Shown here: positions 8,074 through 12,006 of the stretch, one piece after another
Layout of the letters: the number at the start of each line of letters is the position of its first letter
How positions within the stretch are numbered: the stretch's first letter is position 1
Source of the DNA: a virus
Taxonomy: Duplodnaviria > Heunggongvirae > Uroviricota > Caudoviricetes
Strand: one strand, 5' to 3'
Virus record (IMG/VR): IMGVR_UViG_2609460346_000011
Span: 1 to 12,006 of that record
Length of the DNA stretch: 12,006 nucleotides
Made by a program: the position numbers and the translations under genes
Notes under the pieces: generated by a model
The model's input: the letters and a program-made list of their open reading frames with translations, nothing else
What the model was told of the DNA's origin: nothing
Databases searched by the model: none

Positions 8074-8397
8074 AAAATCCGGGGGGGGGTGCGGAAACGG
8101 GTTACAAAGGTTACAAACAGAAAAATATATTATATATCAATACATTATAATACATTTAAAAGGTTACAAACGGGTTACAACAGGGTTACATGTAACCTTT
8201 ATGTAGTGGTTACTGTTGGTTACAGGTTAAATTTATAATTAATTGATAATTAATCTGTTTTTGAGAGCTGCAACCTCGTGTAACCTTCTGTAACCTCAAA
8301 AAGGTTACAAGAAATATGTTTTAAAATCATATGACTATAGTGTGTTTTAGGGGGTTGTAACCTTTGTAACCCGTTTCCGCACCCCCTACCGGATTTT
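8074..8397. repeat. Iteron cluster: about 12 copies of GGTTACA/TGTAACC in both orientations around AT-rich DNA, bounded by 43-bp inverted repeats (8074-8116 and 8355-8397, 41/43 identity); putative replication origin
   Basis: Counted directly: forward copies at 8100, 8109, 8162, 8173, 8184, 8219, 8303; reverse copies at 8191, 8279, 8289, 8356, 8365. Includes the palindrome GGTTACATGTAACC at 8184-8197. The interior is AT-rich and there is no convincing coding potential. Confidence 0.6.
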
Positions 8398-8614
8398 GAG
8401 GCAGAGCCCCAAAACAACTGGCCTGACCTCTAACAAAAATGCAACATTAATCATTGATTTTTTGGGGGCTGTCAGTCACGGGGAGTTGCCCTGTTGTTTG
8501 GCAGAAAAATGAAGTATGTACATGCGCGGCGGGGATGGTAAAAAACGTAATACACGCGGCGCAGTTGCCATAAAAAATCTCTCAAAAGCACTCTTTTTGA
8601 CGCTATTGTTCATC

Positions 8615-8644
8615 TGCACAAAAGTGCACAAATTTGCACAATTT
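8615..8644. repeat. Three direct TGCACAA(A/T) repeats phased at exactly 10 bp (8615, 8625, 8635), with a fourth copy at 8707
   Basis: Direct reading of TGCACAAAAG TGCACAAATT TGCACAATTT. Helical-turn phasing suggests a protein binding array or bent DNA. Confidence 0.4.
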
Positions 8645-9004
8645 TTTAGAGTAACTTTTTGCCCATCCGGCCCAGTACTGGCGCGCCCGGAGGGCGATTT
8701 CGTGCGTGCACAAAAAACGGTGAGTTTTTCGCGCGCAGGTGACGGGGGAACAGCACGCGTTTCAGGGGGTAAATTACATTTTCGCTAAAGGCTGCGGGAA
8801 TGCCCCGACCGGGTTAGTTTTATCGCCAGCCAGAGCCGTTCTTACGGCAAGAGAGAACTGATACGGGGAATGTGACGAGTGAGCATGGGAACGGCGCGCC
8901 CGTGCGTAATACGCGGCGACTGCTGCGGGTTTATTTGATACAGCCAGAGGGGGGCGGCAGAAGATATAATAGGTTAAATTTCACACCAGTAAGAGGAGCG
9001 TGAT

Positions 9005-9187
9005 ATGTCTTTCCCTTGCCCGGCCTGTGGCGCTTCAGCCCGCACCCGTGGTCGTTCGTTGGAAGAACACGAACAAAACATCTACAGAACGTATTACCAG
9101 TGCAATAATATTGAGTGTGGGGCTTGTTTTTGTACGCTTGAGTCGTTTGTACGCATTACTAAGCGCAGGAAGTCGAAAACTTCATAG
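9005..9187 (+). CDS. ogr: Ogr/Delta-family zinc-finger late-gene transcriptional activator, 60 aa
   Basis: SD AAGAGGAG upstream. CPAC...(x)...YQCNNIECGACFCTLESF matches the Ogr/Delta C-x2-C / C-x4-C zinc-finger signature and the FxTxES motif of P2 Ogr as recalled. Confidence 0.85.
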   Translation: MSFPCPACGASARTRGRSLEEHEQNIYRTYYQCNNIECGACFCTLESFVRITKRRKSKTS

Positions 9188-9237
9188 TGATTTGTATAAC
9201 ACAGCCAGCGAGTGTGACCGGCTGCGTTATTTCTGTA

Positions 9238-9471
9238 TTACGTCGTGTGGTTCTGGTCATTTGCCCAGGCCCACACATCCCCCGCTACATTGCGCCCGTT
9301 GCAGTCTTCTTCCTGCGTTTCCCCGGCCTTAATTCCCTGACTGATAAACATTCTGACGCACTGGGAGTAGTTCATCTCTCTGTCCTGACATATCTGATTT
9401 ATTTTATGGTCGATTTCGTGCGGGATACGAATACAGCGTAATACGCATCGCATTTTCTTTTGTTTTTTCAT
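9238..9471 (-). CDS. Small hypothetical protein (77 aa) with a ribbon-helix-helix-like N-terminus; possible DNA-binding regulator
   Basis: Minus-strand ATG at 9471 preceded by AGGGAGG at seven nt spacing. The N-terminus MKKQKKMRCVLRCIRIPHEIDHKINQICQDREMNYSQCVRMFI has a strand-helix-helix pattern reminiscent of Arc/CopG-type proteins. The overlapping + strand ORFs look like junk. Family assignment is tentative. Confidence 0.4.
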   Translation of the reverse strand: MKKQKKMRCVLRCIRIPHEIDHKINQICQDREMNYSQCVRMFISQGIKAGETQEEDCNGRNVAGDVWAWANDQNHTT

Positions 9472-9626
9472 AGTGTTGCCTCCCTGATTGTTTATGCCGG
9501 GATTTAACACCCGCGATACAAGAAAGCGTAATACAACAGTATTGTGAGCGTATTACGAGAACAAAATCGGCTGGAATGTATTACGCAATATGGAAAAAAT
9601 CGGCGTAAGTAAAAAAATGTATTACA
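9436..9626. promoter_or_regulatory. Divergent intergenic/promoter region with five copies of GCGTAATAC/GTATTACGC in both orientations
   Basis: Motif at 9436, 9526, 9549 (inverted), 9577 (inverted) and 9618 (partial). Related longer copies (CGTAATACRCGCGG) occur at about 8549, 8899 and inside the capsid gene at about 11177. Confidence 0.35.
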
Positions 9627-9636
9627 GGAGCAAATA

Positions 9637-10347
9637 ATGGATATAACTCAGGCAAGCGCCGAACATCAGGTATGTAAAGCACAGTTTGATACAGCCATGG
9701 CAAAACTCAGTGAACAGGAATCATTAATCACCAATCTGGAAGCAACTATCGAACAGACGAAAGGGGAGCTGGAATCTCTCGATCGTGACTGGCAGAACTC
9801 AATCCTGTCTGCGCTGGGCGTAAAAACGGAAGCCTCCGCGAAATTATCCATTCAGGCGGGTGTGGCGCGAGAAAATCTTGAGCGTCTGCGGGTGCTGCAT
9901 GATGAGGCGCGCATCAGGCTACTGGAGTGTCGTTATAACGCGGCAGAGGCTGGTTGTGCTTACGAAAGCATTGATAATAAGTTGCGGGCAGAGATATTTG
10001 CAAAAGCACTTCCCGAACTGATTAACGAGCTGACCCCTGCTCTGTTATTGATTCGTGGTTTATGTGAGCTGCTTGGCCAGCCGCTGTATAACGCAGAAAA
10101 GAAAATATGCGAAACACTGAAAGCGACAGATACTGCTGAAAGTGTCGGGATGATTCGCGGCCGGATTAACGATACCGAAAGCGACACCTCCAGCCCGCTG
10201 CGTTATTGCCCGGAGAAACTCCCGGATTCGGTAAGCCGCGCAATCAGGAACGCCCCTTCACCTGTACAATGGAGCGCGGCGCGACAGAATCCAGAAAAAA
10301 TGCGCGACCTTGCGGAGGGCAGAGAACTCTGCCGGGGGTGGCAGTAA
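9637..10347 (+). CDS. Coiled-coil alpha-helical protein, 236 aa; putative capsid scaffold or size-determination-like (Sid/Psu/GpO-like) protein
   Basis: SD AGGAG seven nt upstream. The sequence is rich in Ala/Leu/Glu heptad-like segments. It sits immediately upstream of, and is translationally coupled to, the capsid gene (TAATG overlap at 10345-10349). The coding call is reasonably safe; the function is inferred from position and composition only. Confidence 0.5.
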   Translation: MDITQASAEHQVCKAQFDTAMAKLSEQESLITNLEATIEQTKGELESLDRDWQNSILSALGVKTEASAKLSIQAGVARENLERLRVLHDEARIRLLECRYNAAEAGCAYESIDNKLRAEIFAKALPELINELTPALLLIRGLCELLGQPLYNAEKKICETLKATDTAESVGMIRGRINDTESDTSSPLRYCPEKLPDSVSRAIRNAPSPVQWSAARQNPEKMRDLAEGRELCRGWQ

Positions 10348-11618
10348 TGGGCGGTCTGAATACTCCACATTTGCACGGCGCTGATATAGTGAGCCGACTC
10401 AGGGGATTAATGTCCCGGAATCGCCTGAAAGCAAACACAGCAAGCATAAGCGATGAGACGCGTCGCGCGCTGGACAATGAATATCAAAAACTGGAGCGTG
10501 AGCTTGAGCTTCACACCCTGCATACTGCAAGCGGTGGGGGTAATAACGACGGCATTGAGCGTTATAATTGCACTGCTGATTCTGTTGTATCACAACGAAA
10601 TCAACAGGCTCAGATGGTTTTCAATTGCGCTATCGAGTCGATAACCGGAAAGCATCCGAAGGATTTGCACTTTTCTGGTGACACTGCGCGCTATTCGTCA
10701 GAAGTTGAACCCGTTCCCCGCCAGAGTGCAACGCTTGCCAGTGGATGGCAGGCAAATTTCCTTGCTGAAATAACTCCCGTGCCTGTTACGGATATATCAG
10801 GTCGGGTTGTGCTGGTAGACGCTTCGGGGCCGTTGGCACGTACATCGCCACCTCACGAGCGCCGTTCGCCACTACAGGCGCATTCACTGGTTTCAAGGGG
10901 CTACCGCTGCGAGCAGGTTAATTTTGATTTTGCGCTGAACTACGACAATGTTGATGCTCACACATCCGCAAACGGTCTTGAAGGAAGCGCACGGGCTGCT
11001 TTTGAACGCCGGAAATGGCTGGATTTGATTCAGATTGGTTTTAACGGTACGCACTATGCCGATACATCAGATCCCGGAACATATCCGGGGCGTGATGATT
11101 GCGGCGTGGGCTGGTTGCAGAAGTTTCGAAATGAAGCGGCGGGAAGGGTTATCAGCGGCCTTTCTGTTTCATCACCGAAAAGTAATACACGCGGTACACA
11201 CCATACGATAGATGCGCTCGTTCTGGATGCCTGGCAATCCATGATTGATGAACAGTGGCAGGAAGGCATTGTGGCCGTATGCAGTCACAATACGCTGGTC
11301 CGTAAGCAATGGCCTTTGATAAACCGTCTTGATCCATCGCAGATGAATCAGGAAATTTTGCTTAACGAGGAAATCATTAAAAATCCCGTTCTGGGGAATC
11401 TCCCGGCTGTGACCGTTCCATTTTTCCCGGACAATGCTGTATTGATCACACCTCTTGCCAATCTGTGTCTGTACTGGCAGCGTGGTTCCGTTCGTGGCCT
11501 GGTAAAAAACGAGCCTCAGTATAATCGCCTCGCGTTCTATGAGTCCTGTAACCTTGACTGGGTGGTGGGGCAATATGAGGCAGGGTGCTTACTGGATGGG
11601 ATTGACTGGAAAGAATAG
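10347..11618 (+). CDS. Major capsid protein, P2 GpN-like family, 424 aa from the ATG at 10347 (alternative internal start at 10614)
   Basis: Extended motif agreement with P2 GpN as I recall it: CEQVNFDF, GFNGTHYADTSD, GVGWLQKFRNEAAGRV, IDALVLDA, GNLPAVTVPFFPDNAVLITPLANL, YESCNLDWVVGQYEAGCLLDGI. SD-like GGGGGTGG lies upstream of the 10347 ATG. About 89 residues precede the region that aligns with the GpN N-terminus. Confidence 0.8.
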   Translation: MGGLNTPHLHGADIVSRLRGLMSRNRLKANTASISDETRRALDNEYQKLERELELHTLHTASGGGNNDGIERYNCTADSVVSQRNQQAQMVFNCAIESITGKHPKDLHFSGDTARYSSEVEPVPRQSATLASGWQANFLAEITPVPVTDISGRVVLVDASGPLARTSPPHERRSPLQAHSLVSRGYRCEQVNFDFALNYDNVDAHTSANGLEGSARAAFERRKWLDLIQIGFNGTHYADTSDPGTYPGRDDCGVGWLQKFRNEAAGRVISGLSVSSPKSNTRGTHHTIDALVLDAWQSMIDEQWQEGIVAVCSHNTLVRKQWPLINRLDPSQMNQEILLNEEIIKNPVLGNLPAVTVPFFPDNAVLITPLANLCLYWQRGSVRGLVKNEPQYNRLAFYESCNLDWVVGQYEAGCLLDGIDWKE

Positions 11619-11640
11619 CAAGGAAATTTCCGGTAACGTT

Positions 11641-11658
11641 GAGGGCTTCTCAGCCCTC
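11641..11658. terminator. Hairpin GAGGGC/TTCTCA/GCCCTC between convergent genes; probable bidirectional terminator
   Basis: Perfect 6-bp GC-rich stem followed by CTTTTACTT on the + strand. It lies between the capsid stop (11616-11618) and the toxin stop (11662-11664). Confidence 0.5.
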
Positions 11659-11661
11659 CTT

Positions 11662-12006
11662 TTACTTAAGCAGATGCTCTCCACCAATCAGGGTTATGAC
11701 TCTTTCAAGCACATCATTAAATACCCCATCTTCTGCCTCTGTGATTAAGCGCGCTTTCCGCTGACGCCAGTCAAGGGTTTGAATGAGTGTGGTTGCTACC
11801 ACGCTGGGGGCGTCCAGATTTGTTACCGGAACTTCTGTGGGAGCATTTCGTATGCTCGTACTTATGGAGCAGCATATGACAAGCCCGGTGAGTCGGTTAT
11901 ATTGCTCATGGGATAGTATGAGTGCCGGGCGATACTTTCCGATCTCTTTTCCTTTCTGCGGCTCAAAATCCAGCCAGCAAATATCACCACGCTTAGGTAC
12001 AAACAT
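11662..12006 (-). CDS. Type II toxin, MazF/PemK/Kid-family endoribonuclease, 114 aa
   Basis: RGDICWLDFEPQKGKEIGKYRPALILS...LTGLVICCSISTS...VATTLIQTLDWRQRKARL follows the MazF/PemK pattern (RGDI..V.FDP..G.E..G.RPALVLS). The start codon sits on the last three bases of the window, so the upstream partner gene and promoter are not visible. Confidence 0.8.
   Translation of the reverse strand: MFVPKRGDICWLDFEPQKGKEIGKYRPALILSHEQYNRLTGLVICCSISTSIRNAPTEVPVTNLDAPSVVATTLIQTLDWRQRKARLITEAEDGVFNDVLERVITLIGGEHLLK

Noticed and set aside
8041-8238. 65-aa ORF across the GGTTACA iteron cluster
   Set aside because: The ORF is an artefact of the repeats: it starts at GTG inside repeat DNA, has no RBS, and its translation is dominated by repeat-derived VT/YK residues.
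8074-8397. Possible CRISPR array
   Set aside because: The repeats are only 7 bp, irregularly spaced, occur in both orientations and have no uniform spacers or nearby cas genes. They are iterons, not CRISPR repeats.
8516-8788. 90-aa ORF in the non-coding region between the P2-type int and ogr
   Set aside because: No RBS and an Arg/Gly-rich low-complexity translation, overlapping the TGCACAA and CGTAATAC repeat motifs.
9000-9441. ORFs 9000..9332 (110 aa) and 9187..9441 (84 aa) on + strand
   Set aside because: Alternative-frame artefacts overlapping the well-supported Ogr-like CDS and the minus-strand small ORF. Translations are Pro/Arg/Cys-rich without motifs.
10206-10346. Upstream start (10206) for the capsid ORF and a programmed frameshift at the A-run 10293-10301
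   Set aside because: The 10206 ATG has no RBS and overlaps the scaffold-like gene by 142 nt. The A-run does not form a canonical X XXY YYZ slippery heptamer in the incoming frame. The ATG at 10347 with an SD and a TAATG overlap is the simpler start.
9637-10347. Confident assignment of the 236-aa protein as P4 Psu or Sid
   Set aside because: There is only a short local resemblance (AQFDT near the N-terminus) to Psu as I recall it. Helical composition alone cannot distinguish Psu, Sid or a GpO-type scaffold domain, so it is called a generic scaffold-like protein.
270-11573. Minus-strand ORFs nested inside int, primase and capsid genes (e.g. 270..503, 4652..4867, 5438..5752, 6236..6649, 11172..11573)
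   Set aside because: All lie fully inside strongly supported + strand genes, lack RBSs and have no recognisable motifs. They are typical antisense shadow ORFs.
1-12006. tRNA/tmRNA gene or attachment-site core inside the window
   Set aside because: No tRNA-like cloverleaf segment was recognised. The integrase begins at base 1, so the expected tRNA-associated attL would lie upstream of the window.

Overview
This window reads as the integrase-proximal part of an integrated phage-satellite-like island that mixes P4-type and P2-type modules. From left to right on the + strand: a P4/CP4-57-type tyrosine integrase (1-1263), a 600 bp AT-rich spacer, an AlpA-family regulator (1864-2085), a non-coding stretch with a repeated 10-mer and a partly complementary segment that resembles the RNA-based immunity layout of P4, four small translationally coupled ORFs (2984-3738), a compositionally distinct AT-rich 99-aa gene (3806-4105), a large zinc-ribbon/TOPRIM/P-loop primase-helicase (4154-6823), and a second integrase of P2 type (6826-7827) coupled to the primase. 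A 1.2 kb non-coding region follows, carrying about 12 GGTTACA iterons bounded by 43-bp inverted repeats plus two other repeat families. Downstream are an Ogr/Delta zinc-finger activator (9005-9187), an opposite-strand small ribbon-helix-helix-like ORF, a coiled-coil scaffold-like gene (9637-10347) and a P2 GpN-like major capsid gene (10347-11618) with an N-terminal extension. A convergent MazF/PemK-family toxin gene sits at the right edge, with its start codon on the last bases of the window. The most unusual points are a capsid gene inside an otherwise P4-like satellite architecture, two integrases of different families, and the repeat-rich putative origin. All protein family calls rest on motif recognition and recalled reference sequences, not on any search; none of the small-ORF functions could be assigned.
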